In this document: positions 1-12,800 of the stretch, piece by piece | Layout: each line of letters opens with the position of its first letter | Position numbering within the stretch: the stretch's first letter is position 1 | Assembly (NCBI GenBank): GCA_020536535.1 | Contig: JAHLWZ010000601.1 | Span: 12,890-76,889, forward strand | Direction of reading: 5' to 3' | Source of the DNA: Pelomyxa schiedti | Lineage: Eukaryota > Protista > Evosea | DNA: 64,000 nt | Position numbers and translations under genes: made by a program | Notes under the pieces: model-generated | The model's input: the letters and a program-made list of their open reading frames with translations, nothing else | What the model was told of the DNA's origin: nothing | Databases searched by the model: none

Positions 1-2799
1 CATTCAGAGACGTTCTTTTCACGATGTCACCAAACGGTGTTCCAGTGGGAGCGCTGGTTAACGCTGTTCAATTTATGTCAGCTGCTTTGGCATAATGAAA
101 TTCTGAACCTTGTATGAAATGCCTGGTGAAAAGTCCACTTTTTGGTGACTGCACTGATGCAGCTGCTGACTGAGCAGCAGGATCCTTAGTTGAACTTCTG
201 GAAATCACGACATAGTATCCACTTGGCCTACAATTTCGAGCCAGGTTGTATCTGACATTGGCACAATCGAAAGCTGGAGCATGCTGGGTCTAGTGGAAAT
301 TGAGTGACAAGAAGTGAGCACAACATACCTGCTCATTGGCATTTTCTTCTTCTTCTTGGGAGTGCACAGGGGCATCCAGCACGACAACGACGATGTGAGA
401 CTTTGCAATCAAATTATTGACAACCCTTTGGATTTCGACGAGCGGAATGGCCCTCTGACCGGCATAATATACAAAGGATGCAATCTGATGGTTGGAGGGA
501 ACAAGTTGAAGAAAAAAAGACAGCGAGTCATGTTTACAAACCAGTTTTGTGTCTGAACAGGGAAGTTTACCAAGGAAGTTCTGAAGGCCCTCTGTTTCCC
601 AGTTCGGCTCTCTTCCTTCTGTGACTTTGATCTGAGGAGTCCCTTGGAGCACCTGAGGAGAAGGCACATGAGGAGAAAAGAAAGGCGAAACCCATTGAAC
701 AATACATCGCAAAGCCCAGGCGAACCAACAACAAGTGCCGACACATCAAAACCGAATTCAGTAAGACTCCTAACTCCTGTCTTATGTGAGTACATTAATG
801 CAAGTGGACTTGGTGCTCACTTATGGTATGACGCACAACGAAGTTTACAGCGTCACTGGAAAGCTGGGAGTCTCCTTCAACGACTCTATAGCCATCAACA
901 TTGTGAAGCAGTTGGCGGAGCTTTCCTGCATCGTCTCTGTGGACGTGAATAATTGGTTTTTGTGTGGGATAGTGCTGAATGGTCCGAGGTCCCAAAGTTG
1001 CCTTGGAAGATGCCTATGGGTATGGGGAAAAAAAAATGGAAAGAGGTGATAGAAGAAGGTCTCACCAGTGAAATATTTGTGTGAGATACTAGATGTGGCC
1101 GCAACGAGTTCTGAGCCTGTCGACTACTAATAGTGGTGCTCTCACCCAAAGGAGCCTGGTTTCGGTGCATTCTTTCCAAGGTTTCTTTCTGCAATAGTGA
1201 CAATTGAATGAAGTCCTGTTGTGTCACTGGGATTTTTACTTTGTTCCTCACCGAGTCCGCAATCCATAAATGCTTCTTCAAAATTTCCTTGCGCTCTTGC
1301 TTGGAGTTGCAACCAAGCTGGTTCATTTGCACACGGAGATTGAGAATGAGGAAGTCGAAAACTTTGTTGTGCTGGTCTCGTGTTTTCCACATAGCATATG
1401 GGAGAACAAGGAGGTCGAAAGGGTGTGACTCGTCCCTGTCACACGAAATTGCCACCACATGCAGCACTTCGCTGAGTTGTTTCCGGCGCCTATCTGAAAG
1501 TAATCCCCCACAGAGCACATGCTCATAGGCATTGATTGTCTCAGTCGAACTTGACAGGGAAGACACATAATCATCCAGCTCTTCCAGGAGCCTGCCTACC
1601 TCAGACTTGTCTCTTTTATTACCGGTTCTCCACCCCCCCTGGATATTACCCTTATTTTGGTTCATAAACTGGTGAAGTGATACAATATCGGCAAAATCCA
1701 AAGCGGGCATATCATTGTCTGGGTGGATGGGTGGATGTGGTGGCCTGGTTTCCAAGTTGTACATCTTCATCTTGTCTGTTATTGGGTCCAGCAACACCCT
1801 GAGTAAGAACCTATCGAAGAGTGCTACCTGGCTGGCATCCATTGGAACCTCATTGGTGGCAGCAAACACTGTGTGTAACGGAAGCTGAATACACTGGGTT
1901 CCGTCATAGAACTCCCTCTCATTGAGAACTGGCAGGAGCACACTCAGCACCTGTCTCTGGGCTTTGAATATTTCGTCAACAAACGCAAAGAGAGTCTCCT
2001 TCCCGCATAACTTATTGTCCTTAGAGCGGACATAGATATTTTTATCCAGTTCCTTCAAGTCGATAGTACCAACCAGGTCATCCAACGTAGTTCCTGCATG
2101 TACCACAATGTTGAAGAACCTCTTTTTGCCTGTATTTGTGCGGTCCGTCTTTATGACCTTGCAGAGTTCTTTACAAACAAAGCTTTTTCCAGTCCCAGGT
2201 GGGCCAAACAGTAGCACGTGCTGTCGGCACAGAACTCCCAGCAAACAAACCTTTACTGCCTCATCACGTTCGACGAAGAGTTTGGTTACATGCCGCAAAA
2301 GCTTCCCCATCCTTTTACGAAAGTGTCCCCTTGACCACCCTGTGGCAACTGGGAAATTCGTGACAACGTTCCATTCTTCCTGGTTCCTAGGTGGAACTTG
2401 GGGTTCTTCTTCTTTTTTGGTCTCGCTCGCGCTCTCGCTGGCGCTCGCGCCACTGTTGCCGTCAGAGAGCGCAGAGAGGATAGCAGACGCGACGGCTTTC
2501 GCAGTGTCTGTCGCCGCACTGGTGATCGAGGCTGTCATGGCGTGAACCACAGCAGCGCCTATAGCTTTGGTGACCGCATCGGCGACGGCAATAGCCACGG
2601 CGTTCGCACCTTCACAGTTGCCGGTCACTCCACCGCCCTTTCCTGGAATCGGCAGTGTCAAGAGGGCGGGTGTTGTCGCCTCTGTCTGGGGCTTGTCATC
2701 GCGCGACGTGGAACTGGTGGACTGTAACGGGGGGGTTGGAACAGGGCTGGGCGAGGTCGCCGCAGATGTTTCAGGGTTACTTGTGTTGTTCTCGTACAT
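1..2799 (-). CDS. RavA/MoxR-family AAA+ ATPase fused to a C-terminal inactive caspase-like (peptidase C14 fold) domain; multi-exon, 3' end runs off the window
   Basis: ORF 895-2799 has Walker A GPPGTGKS, Walker B FVDEIFKA, AATNE and ALFDRFLLR (RavA-type). A GT-AG intron at 1014-1065 and further short introns join it in frame to exons reading DAVN..EFGFDV, FVYYAGQR, VVVLDAPV, GLFTRHF and GTPFGDIV, which are caspase-fold motifs with His>Gln and Cys>Pro. Confidence 0.8.
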
Positions 2800-2874
2800 T
2801 CAGGGTTTCTCAAAAGACAAAAAAGAATCAGTTCTGATAATTTTCACCTTCATGTTTTCACCACTAAACCAACT

Positions 2875-5034
2875 TCAGTGATCTTGAGACCTCTCTGTGG
2901 GAGTCTCTCCTTTCATACTCGGCTTGGAAGCTGTGGCAGTGGGGGATGGCAAAGAGGAGGAGGTGTTTGAGGCGTTGCTGGTGGAGGGGGTGTGTAGGTG
3001 CCTATGGAAGAACGGGCACTCCATTTCCAGCTGTGCTTGATCTAAATCTGGCCTGCTCCCCAACAACAGCTCAAACCTGGTGAGTTCCAGGTTAAAGCCA
3101 TCTGACTTGCCAAGGGCTTCCGTGTACTCACCCAGAACATCAGATATGTCACCCTGTGTCATCTCCACCACAATACACACCCGGTGCCGGTGGCGCAGAA
3201 CAACTGCGTTACAGGTTGTTTTAGCAGTTTTAGCAGCTGGATCGCTCCTGACACTTGCTGACATGCTTAGGGCCAAGCTGTAGGTGGTTTCCAGTTCAGG
3301 GACAGATGTTGGGGGAGTCGACGACTTTTCGCTCATCTTTGGGGTAGCTGCCGGGCTGGGCGAGGGTTCTGGTGATGCCGTTGTTTTCACTGCCCCGGTG
3401 GCACCAGAGTTTGGTGCTGCTGAAGAAGACTCTTTCACTGCAGCCATTTCTGGCTTCTGCCGGTACAGGAACATGGAATAATCATCCAGGTAAAACCTCC
3501 GCAGGATATTCTCGGCCTGATCAGGGAGTGTGAACTTTCCCATCAAGAGCTCCCTTACAACAGCAAGCAGACTTGTGTCTTCTTCGGAGTCTCTTGGCTT
3601 CTCCAGCCTCAGGATAAACTGGTTTGAGTGTCCACTAACGGTGTTTTGAGGTGGTGGAGTCGACAAGGACGGCGACGGTGCTTCTCTAACAAAGGCCGTT
3701 TTCAAACTGAGAGGGAAGCCAAAGAGTCTTATACGTTCGACGGCAACGATAAAGTGCTTCAAAGTGAACTGATTAGGGCCACCCAATTCAATGGAAACCT
3801 GAAGGCTGATTGAGGAGGAGGATTCTATACAAAAGATCCCGTTGTTCATGACCATATTCAAGCCCTCTGAGACTGCTGTGCCGAATTCAAAGGACTTGAT
3901 AGTATCCAGTAAAGATTGTAAATGAAGAGTAAACCTCCCTTGCAGTGCCCACAACACGCTCTCTTTTTTATTTGTTTTCTCAGTGCCGTTCCTATCTCCA
4001 GCTTTTCCTTTTGTTTTCTCTGGTGCCTTTTCCTCTTCTGGGTTGTGTCCTTCACCTGTTTTTTTTTCTTCTTCTTCTTCTTTTTCTTCTTCTTCTGTGC
4101 TAGAATTTGGGGCCTCTTTGGGCGCCTCTACTGGTGTTTCTGGCGCTGGTACTGAACTTGGCAGAGAGGGTTCCACTGAAGTTGATTTTTCCGTTTGTTT
4201 CTTTCCTTCACTTGTTGTAGGCGCAGTGACTCGCAGCATGTTGAAGGTCACTCCTTCACCCACGTTTATTCTGAACCGTTGTACCTTAAAACTAGGGAGA
4301 CGGCCTTTTCTAAACAGAATGTTGACCTGCAGTGTGACTGTGACCGGGACAGCTTTCACTCCTGAAAAGAAACTTGTAACACTTGGCATATTCACTTTTC
4401 TGGAGACATTCTCAAGCAAGGTGGCAAGAAGTTTGAGTGACACACCATTGCAAACCAGCCTTCCATGTGTGGAGGAAAGCGCCAAGAACGCATCCGGCTT
4501 TAGAGAAGATACTGTATCTGCTGGTTGTAGTGAAGAACCCCCGCTGTTTGGGTTTCTGGAAGCTGCGTCCAGGAAAGAGAGTCGGAGGACCATTTCGTTC
4601 GTTTTTTTGTTACGGGCCCATGATCCAGATATTACACTGTCCTCCAGCCCCAACAAATCCCATGTAAGACGACTCTTGAATCTCATCCGGTGTTCGTCGC
4701 AAAGCCAACATGTCGGCGGTTCCAAGCACAGCGCCGGCCCCGTTCGAGCCTCTTTCAGAGCCCTCTCGATTTCCCGTTCAAAGTCGTCGTTCTCAACGAG
4801 GTTACTACGATCGTCGTCGTCGTCGTCGTCGTCGTCGTAGACGTTGCTGGTCCTCGTTTCCCCCTGCGTCTCGGCGCTTCCCGAAGCTGAAACCAGACTT
4901 TCACTGTTTGTGTGGCTCGCAGAGGGGGTAGTCCCTGAGGGTGACGTGGTGCTCACCGGTGTCTGCACAACAGGTGACAGGGCTTCCTTGTTCCCTTTGG
5001 CAGGATCTCCCTTCTCCGCCGCAGTATCGTGCAT
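2875..5034 (-). CDS. Uncharacterised ~720-aa protein with a beta-strand-rich domain, paralogous to the N-terminal part of the 26879-34155 gene
   Basis: Long intronless ORF; ATG at 5034 (MHDTAAEK) preceded by poly-A. Shares collinear blocks with ORF 30727-34155, e.g. WDLLGLE/LDCLGLD, LVCNGVSL/MLCKGASL, LFGFPL/LFGLPL, LELTRFEL/VELHQFEF. Confidence 0.75.
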   Translation of the reverse strand: MHDTAAEKGDPAKGNKEALSPVVQTPVSTTSPSGTTPSASHTNSESLVSASGSAETQGETRTSNVYDDDDDDDDDRSNLVENDDFEREIERALKEARTGPALCLEPPTCWLCDEHRMRFKSRLTWDLLGLEDSVISGSWARNKKTNEMVLRLSFLDAASRNPNSGGSSLQPADTVSSLKPDAFLALSSTHGRLVCNGVSLKLLATLLENVSRKVNMPSVTSFFSGVKAVPVTVTLQVNILFRKGRLPSFKVQRFRINVGEGVTFNMLRVTAPTTSEGKKQTEKSTSVEPSLPSSVPAPETPVEAPKEAPNSSTEEEEKEEEEEKKTGEGHNPEEEKAPEKTKGKAGDRNGTEKTNKKESVLWALQGRFTLHLQSLLDTIKSFEFGTAVSEGLNMVMNNGIFCIESSSSISLQVSIELGGPNQFTLKHFIVAVERIRLFGFPLSLKTAFVREAPSPSLSTPPPQNTVSGHSNQFILRLEKPRDSEEDTSLLAVVRELLMGKFTLPDQAENILRRFYLDDYSMFLYRQKPEMAAVKESSSAAPNSGATGAVKTTASPEPSPSPAATPKMSEKSSTPPTSVPELETTYSLALSMSASVRSDPAAKTAKTTCNAVVLRHRHRVCIVVEMTQGDISDVLGEYTEALGKSDGFNLELTRFELLLGSRPDLDQAQLEMECPFFHRHLHTPSTSNASNTSSSLPSPTATASKPSMKGETPTERSQDH

Positions 5035-5326
5035 TTTTTTTTTTTTGAAGGGGACGTAAAAAAAAAACACCAGACCGGTCTGTTCTGAGCCTTCGGTCTG
5101 TTCTTTTATTCAGTCAAATCTAAACCACTGCGGAGACACCAAGTTGGAGCCTTGCCACTCTGTATCCTGCAGTCAAAAACTGTCTGTCTTTCTCCCCTGT
5201 TGTGATCTTCTTATTAACAGGCACTATCTCTTTTTGTATCTCATAGCACAATTTTACCATAACGGGAAAGTGGAACAGAAAAAAAAATACAACAAAAAGA
5301 AAAAAACAAAAAAATCGTGAGAGGAG

Positions 5327-6396
5327 ATGAGCTGCTACCCCCTTGCCAAACGCCGACGGGTATTGAGCCATCAGAACGAATCAGTTGGCGTTGTAGCCCG
5401 CATTGAGGGAGTGAGTGAGAGCACGGTACGCCACCGGCAGCAAGGTGTGGAGCAATTCAGCCACTGCGCACGCAAAAACCACCTACTAGGACCTCAATTA
5501 GAAGTACGAAAACGAACTGGGAGGCCTTTTTCTGTGAGTTTTTTGGCGTGTTATATGATTGCCTGGACCTTACTCTTGTACCCAGTAGCGACATTAAAAG
5601 AGCTCCAGACAGTTGTGCTGGCAACACACGAATTCTGCAAGTACATCCCTCTTTCTTCAGTAGTATCTCTTAAATATTGGGGTTTGTAGGCTTTGGCAAA
5701 TCAGCGGTGCTATAAAGAAACTTGGCTTCCACCTTCGTTTTACTACCCGGAAAATTATTGGAGAGAGAAATGAGGTTCGTTGCTGCTGGATACATTTGTC
5801 CTACTAATGCCTGATAGGCACGATGACAGGCCTGGTTGGTACCAATACCCTTACCGAGACTCCTCATGGGTTTGTGTCCATTTCCTAACTCTGTATTCTA
5901 ATATTACCCTAGTATTTTTTGTGTACCAGTTGAGGTATTGCTCGATTTAGATGAAATGGGGTGCACCCTGTTGGATACAGCAAGACGCAGAGGGCACCCC
6001 TTGCCTGGTCGCACCCATCATGTATGTTTCACCATCCCTCTTTGCAATTCTCTTAAACTTGCACTAATAATAACTTAGCCACCATAATAAAAACACCTCA
6101 CTTTAATAATGGGTGCCGATGTTAATGTTGGGTCTTTGGGTTGTTTTGTGTTTCCAGGAACACTCAACACATCACTATTCTATGTTTGGCTTGCTGTAGT
6201 ATTACTCCCGCAAATACGTGGCCAAAAACGCATTTTACTGATGGACAATCACAAGGCACACCTTCACCCTTCCATCTTTGCGTTAGTTTCACAGGAAGGT
6301 CACCTTCTGGTACCGCGGTATGTCTTTCACGACAGCTCGCGAACATTGGCGAATACCTGGCGGCACTCATTTCGCCGACTGTCCCTGAAGGGTTAA
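5327..6396 (+). mobile_element. Degenerate IS630/Tc1-mariner-type transposase remnant
   Basis: HTH-like VARIEGVSESTVRH...TGRP, then LLDLDEMG (~5940) and RILLMDNHKAH (~6240) DDE_3-type motifs, broken by stops; no third catalytic residue or TIR pair found. Confidence 0.65.
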
Positions 6397-6823
6397 AAGT
6401 ATAAGAGCTCGTTGTGGGGGAAAAAGTCTTTTTTCTGTCTTAGGCCGTTGGATCAAACCTGGGAACACGCGTTTTTTTTTCCCCTATCTGTAACCGGACT
6501 GATGGTTTCACAGTAAAATGACATTTGACCCTTTTCTCACCCGGGGCGCGAGAGTTCAGGAAGATCGTTTGGGCATCTTCATAAATCACATGCACCCCAC
6601 AAGGTGGGCACATACTCATCATACTGCAACGGCAGGGACCCATCAGGAAGTGAGGGAAAGTGAAAAAAGAAAAAAAATTGTACTTTTTACTTGTTACTTT
6701 TTTCGAATTTTTTTTCAAGGAATGTTCGAACATTCCCTTTTAGTTATCCTGGGCCTTTCTTAGGGTTGGTTGTAAGAGGGCGGTTGGTTTTGGCCCAGAA
6801 AAAGTTGGTCACAAAAAATAAAA

Positions 6824-9800
6824 ATGCGCACGGCCGATGTGAGCGACGTGTTGAGCGAAGTCGGATCGAAGTGGCAATCAGAGCTCCGAACGGCTACAGG
6901 GACAACGGCGATCCGCCTGCAGCAGATGGCTCTCGATGCGCTTCAAAAAGACTCTCCGGACGCAGCACACGTTGCTCTTCGCGCCTGCTGCACCATGTAT
7001 CGTAAGAGTGGCGGTGCCACTGCGGCAGCTAAGCTATTGGGAGAGATCAACGCGGCCACTGTGGAGAAGTACACAAAGCACTTGTTCTCCATCGTGGCCA
7101 ACAGCACGGCGCCCCACGTACGAGAGGGTGACTTCACGATGCCGAGCCAGGGCCTGGTCCTCGGTGTATTCCTCACGTTTCTCAGCGAGGTTCTTCCAGA
7201 TGTCGCCAGAAGTCAACGTTGCCCAGTCGACTTCACAGTGGTGCCTGGGTGGGAACCAGCGCTGAGGTCTGCATGTGCCGCCATGGAACAGTGGGCCCAT
7301 GCCCTACTCGCAGTCGACCAGGTCGCCCTCATGAAAGGACAGGTGCGTGCTTTTGTTCTTTCTGGTTCCCACATGTATTTGCTATTTGGAGGTTGATCCA
7401 TGTGAATTGGTTCCCTAATTCCAAATTCAGAATCAAGGCGCTGGAATTGACAGATTGGCAGACATTGCAGCAGGCAGCGTTTCCGCAATTACCGGAAGCA
7501 CAAACGGCATGTTGATTTTGCCTTGTGGAGTCGCTGCCAGATTCCAAGAGTGGAGCTACAGCGAAAGCCACATGGAAATGGGTCATGGCTTCTTTCCATC
7601 TGCGGCAATTGTTATGCCACAGCGGAACTCTAACCACAGAGGCACAGGCCTGCACTGGGTTCAAATAAGCGGCTCCACATCGCTCAGCAGTAGGTACCAC
7701 CAAGGTGTTGCCACCCCCACAAAATGCCAGATGATAACAAGTCTCGACATTTGCGAGGTTCCACCTGCAAATGTGTCATTCGAGCTCCTTCGCATGCTTT
7801 TCTCCCTGAACATCCACTTCTTTACACCAAAGGAACTGTACAAGGTTGTCCTGGCAAAGCTCAACGGGCTCACCGAGTACAAAGGGGAAAAGCCCGAGAC
7901 GGCCAAAACACACCGGTGGGCCACGTTTGCACAGTCGTGGTGCGTGGTCAAAAGCGTGCTATTCTGGATTCTGGTGACGCTTCTGGGAGGAGAAAAAGGC
8001 AGAACACTGTACAAACAAGCACTCTTGTGCTACGAGCTCTTCCTGCTCGATCACCTGCGAACCGTTAACGAGAGGCAGCACTGCGGTGTTGACTCGAAGG
8101 TTGGGTTCCTCCTCTCCGAGCTCTGCCACAAGATTGCGCACAACTCGTGCTCCTCATTTTGCCACTGCATCCACGGGAACGTCATCCCCGACCTGCAGCG
8201 AACGCAGGAGGTTCTGGAAAGGTTCCGCACCGCCAACCTGGATGTGGAACAATCTTCTCGTTTCATCTCGCTTCACCCCTTGAATTCCTTTGCCCTGCCC
8301 CCTGTGCCCAGAGATCTCCAAGGTGGTCACTTAATCCATAGCCAAGCTGTCGCGTCGAGTGTGAGCAACATGATGGAGCCATCACTCAACCCGTTCTCTT
8401 TGTCCCCCCGACAGAGCTGTGTGCAGCACCTGTGGGCCTTTGATGAGTTCGCAAAGAGGGAGATGGGTGTGTATCACATCAACGCCGTCTATCACGTTGC
8501 ATATGAGATTGAAGCAGTCGTCGTGAATGTCTGTTCTCAGAAACGTGGGCTTGCCTCCTGGTATGACGGCGATGGAACCTCCGAGGATATTGACAGAACG
8601 GCGGAGCTTCTTTGCAGAATTGGGGGTCTGTATTACAGTCTGTGCTGGCAAGTTGCTGCCCAGACCGAGTCGGGCTCACAGTGTGAGCCCACGTATTATG
8701 CGAGATACGTCACAATCTCGTTTGCCATCTGTGCAATGCTCGATGTCTTGGCAAGAAAACACAAAGGCACAGCAGCGGCAATGAAGAACGTGGTTGTGGC
8801 CACCTCCTTGGGAGAAAATCCTGGGCTGTTGAACCTATGGAGAAGGTTCATTGTCGTTGACATGGGTATTTCCAAGCTGTTGCAGCAGGTAGTGCAGTAT
8901 TTCGAGCCAAACGGTGTGAGCCACCACCGACCTCTTCTCATTTCACATCCAATGGCGTAACCCCATGTTAGGGAGAAAGCTGCTCTTCGAATCACCCTAC
9001 AATGGCACCGAATTTCGCTTTGATGAAACTGATGAAACTGTCGAGTGTGCCAAAGCCATTGCCCGAGAAGTAAACACGTATGAGAGGATGGAATATGATT
9101 TCTGTAAACTGAGTCCAGGTAACTGGCAGAACCACTTTGACATACTTTAACTGCACTAACCACTCCGTGCATAGAGGAGTCAGAGCAAAAATGGTCACGA
9201 CTCGTTCTGGAAGATAATTATATGCCCAAAGTGTTCTGCAGCCTTCGCAATATAGCCTACCTTACTAAGCTGTGCTTGGCTGGTTTTCCCTTAGAGCGCA
9301 TGGCCAGACTCCAAAAAAGACTCAGTGTTGAACAAAAAACAAGTACCAAGAAATTTCAAGTACCGTCATGCAAATTGAAAATTGATGGGTACTGGTGCTA
9401 TATGGACGATGGCAACGATTTTTGGTTTTCTAAAAGCTACGCAAAGGGTTGCGCCACTGCATGTTCCATTTCCCTCCCTAAGGGAAAGGAACAATACCAG
9501 AGGCTCCTGTCCCACAAGGACGCCACAGGGAATGGGGCATACTCAGAGAATGAGATCATTGTTACACAGGAACTGGCTCCACAAGAACTGTCTCGGGCAC
9601 AATACTTCAGTCTGGGATTCATCAGATCAGACCCACACCTGACCCTCAACAGGCTCTTCATCGCACTCAAGACCCGGGAACTGATGCTCGAGTGCGAGGA
9701 GCACTGCTGTATTGTGAAGCAGTGCCTTTTCGAGGTTGTCGGCTTTTGTAACCCAAGCCAGGGGAGCAGTGACCAGGAGCCGTACTTGGCACACAGGCTC

Positions 9801-12800
9801 AAATATGTGGTGTTTGCAACAGCATTTGTTGATCTGTTTCTCGAGCAAGGGAGAACCCTCTTGACGAGGATTGAACAATACAGGTGGGTTTCCCTTCCTG
9901 GCCGGTATCTCCTGCCCCCAATAACCTTTCATGTTTAGGACAATGGGCAACGTCCTGGACATGTTGATTGGGATTCACACATTCTGCTCCCCTCCCTTGG
10001 TTCAGCATATTGCGATCTGTCTCGCAGAACTGCGGCGTGCCCTTCAGGAATGGCTGGCGGCCAACACCGAAAGAATAAAGCAGGGAAACCTCAACCACGA
10101 GAGGAACATGCTGAGCACCATGCAGGCGTATCTGATCTTGACGTTCTCTTGCACAACTCCACCTTCTACCATCAATGCCAGTGAATGGAAGTCTATTGTA
10201 TCTGCCAGGATCGATATTGAAGAGAATGCAGGGCTGGCCGTATTCCTGCCTGCCCACCTTTACCAGAAGGTCATGGCCCTTTTCTTTCAGTGGCATGAGC
10301 AGCTGTGTTCCGCGATGAGGGAAAACTCCGGAAACCAGGTGATCATCCCCCCAGGGCCATGCACTGGCAGGGCGTGGGAATGTTCCAGCACTACATTTGG
10401 GTGCTGCGTTTACACAAGAGCACCTTACACAGTTGATTTGCTGCAAGGGAAAGTCTACAAGAACAACCTTTCCGTTGGTGGTCTGCCATCAAACATCTGC
10501 AGGCATCCAGATTACATTACGTGCTTTGGCGACAACGTGTTCTTGGCAGAGAGAGCAATTCGTTTGGTGGGTTCCACTGAAGTGGTCTGCTTTGAGAGCC
10601 GAGACACAAAGTCCTCCAGATTTCACAATCGAATCACGCCCAGGGGGGACGGCTCCCAAAACCTGTGGATTGAAGAGAGGCCAGTTGGCATGGGTGAAAC
10701 CAGCTTCCTGACCTTTGTCCCACGGTGCAGGCTAGAAGGATGGATTCCAAAGGTGCTGGTTGAGTCATACACCCACTGGTTCAGCCCCACCAACAACGAA
10801 ATTATTGTGAGGGGCCCTCACCACTCTCTCAAAGAGGAGGCATCCCGCACCCTCGCGTTCACCATCAACCTCACAACAAGGTGCATCTTCTCGAACACAC
10901 ATGGGAAGTTTGTTGTGCCATTTGAACGAGCCTGTGAGGTTCCAGAAAACAGAGCCCTGTGTGATGTCCTGAAAGGATTTGAAGACCCCCACTATATTCT
11001 CGTTCTGGCGAACAGCATCTCTTCGGGCACTGTTTTGTCGGAGATACACCTTCCACGTATGAACCTCTCGTTTCAAGTGAGGGATGGCAGGATATTTTCG
11101 GATGACTTCAAGGGCAGTGCCCTGGCCAAGTGTCAGCTAGTCGCCACACTGCATGGCCTCACCCAGTATTTGGTTCTGGAGGATGGTGCCTCGGCAATTA
11201 CGCAAGCCAGAAGAAAGATCATTATCCCCCACAGAGGTTTTTGTTTTTTGTTTCTTGCACTCCCTTTTCTTGAACTCACACTCTGCTCAGAGATACAGAA
11301 CAAAAGGCACGGCCTCTGGGCCCAAGACGTTGAGTTGAACAGCACCACACTGTTCGAGCCACCTTACTTTACATTTGATGTGGATGAAACCTTGAGATGC
11401 TTGAGGCCTGAAACCACTGCTGGCAGCCTGTTCCTGGCACATCTGTACAATAAGACCTCACATGGCACTGATCATTTGACTCAGATGTCTGGGTTTGACA
11501 CCTGTGCTGGTAAGTGTTCCAATCCCCCAAGTACACAGGCCATTCAACAATTTTTTAGGGCTTCTACAGAGCTGCTGGCAGAACTCTCCATTCAGTGAGG
11601 TGGAGATGTCTATCATTTACAGATTTCTTGAGTTGAACAATGATGGATGCCTTCCGGGGACGTGTTATGGGAGGCCTTCTGAATATGGCTGGTTTCCTAA
11701 CCTGAGAGCCGAGAAGAGCCGCAATGAAGTTGCCAATTTACTTAAGGTGTTGTTCCTTGTGACAGAAAGTTTATCCACACAGAGCCTTTTTTCAGACCCA
11801 AAGAAAGCCTCTCACTTGAAAGACTGTGAAAAAAGGAAAAACCAAGTCTTTCAGAACTCCTTTGCTGCATATTTCCTTTTCTACCTATCAGTGCGAGAGA
11901 GGGTCAACCAACGGTGCAGACTTAGCGTTTGTGAAGAGATAACCCTCTTGAACGAAATCAAAGAACTTGCTGTTGTCTGTCAAAAGGAGTGGTTAATGCA
12001 GTACCAAAACTATTTGCTGTCTGCTGTTGGCACGACCTTCAATTTTACATGCACTCACTATTTGTCAGATTACAAACAAATTGAGGAGTACTGTTTTACA
12101 GATGTCATACACTTGTCCCTCTTTGACTACGAGTCCATAGATCACTCTGTAAACCAAATCATACCCACCGTCCAATTTCAGAGGCTTATGCAAGCCTTTG
12201 GGTTTCCACCAGAAGAGTCCTGTGGTACCAAGTGTTTTCACACTAGATTCCCCTTTCTGTCCTTCATTCCCCTCTTTTTGCTTGGCAGATGCACACAAAA
12301 TGCTGATCGATTTGAGCACGTTTTGAGCTGCTTATTCCAAAACGGGATGTTTAGACATCGTAGTCTCCTTTATGTGCTGTATGTCGTCTCAAAAAACCAG
12401 GAGAAATTCAGGGATATACCTGTGCCCTCATTTCTTTTGACTTCAGCAGCAACCCTCATTGATGTTCCATTCTGTTTATCACCTGAATATCTCACGTTGA
12501 GTTTGGGGGACTTACAAAAGGAAGGTACTCTGACTGTTGAGAAAGGTTATATCTGGCAGAAACTTCAAGGTTTTGCAATTGATGGCAAGGGGTGCACAAC
12601 CATTGATCCAGTGACGTTGGCCACCGCAGGGTTTCTGCAGAAGCTCTCGGACCACCTGCGACTTCCATCCAACCTGAGAACCGTGAACACCAAAATCCAG
12701 GAACTCTTGGTGAGCCGGGCCAGAAACAACGNNNNNNNNNNNNNNNNNNNNNNNNNNNNNNNNNNNNNNNNNNNNNNNNNNNNNNNNNNNNNNNNNNNNN

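Noticed and set aside
6380-6397. CCCTGAAGGGTTAA resembling a piggyBac right end
   Set aside because: No matching left end (TTAACCCT...) found in a plausible position.
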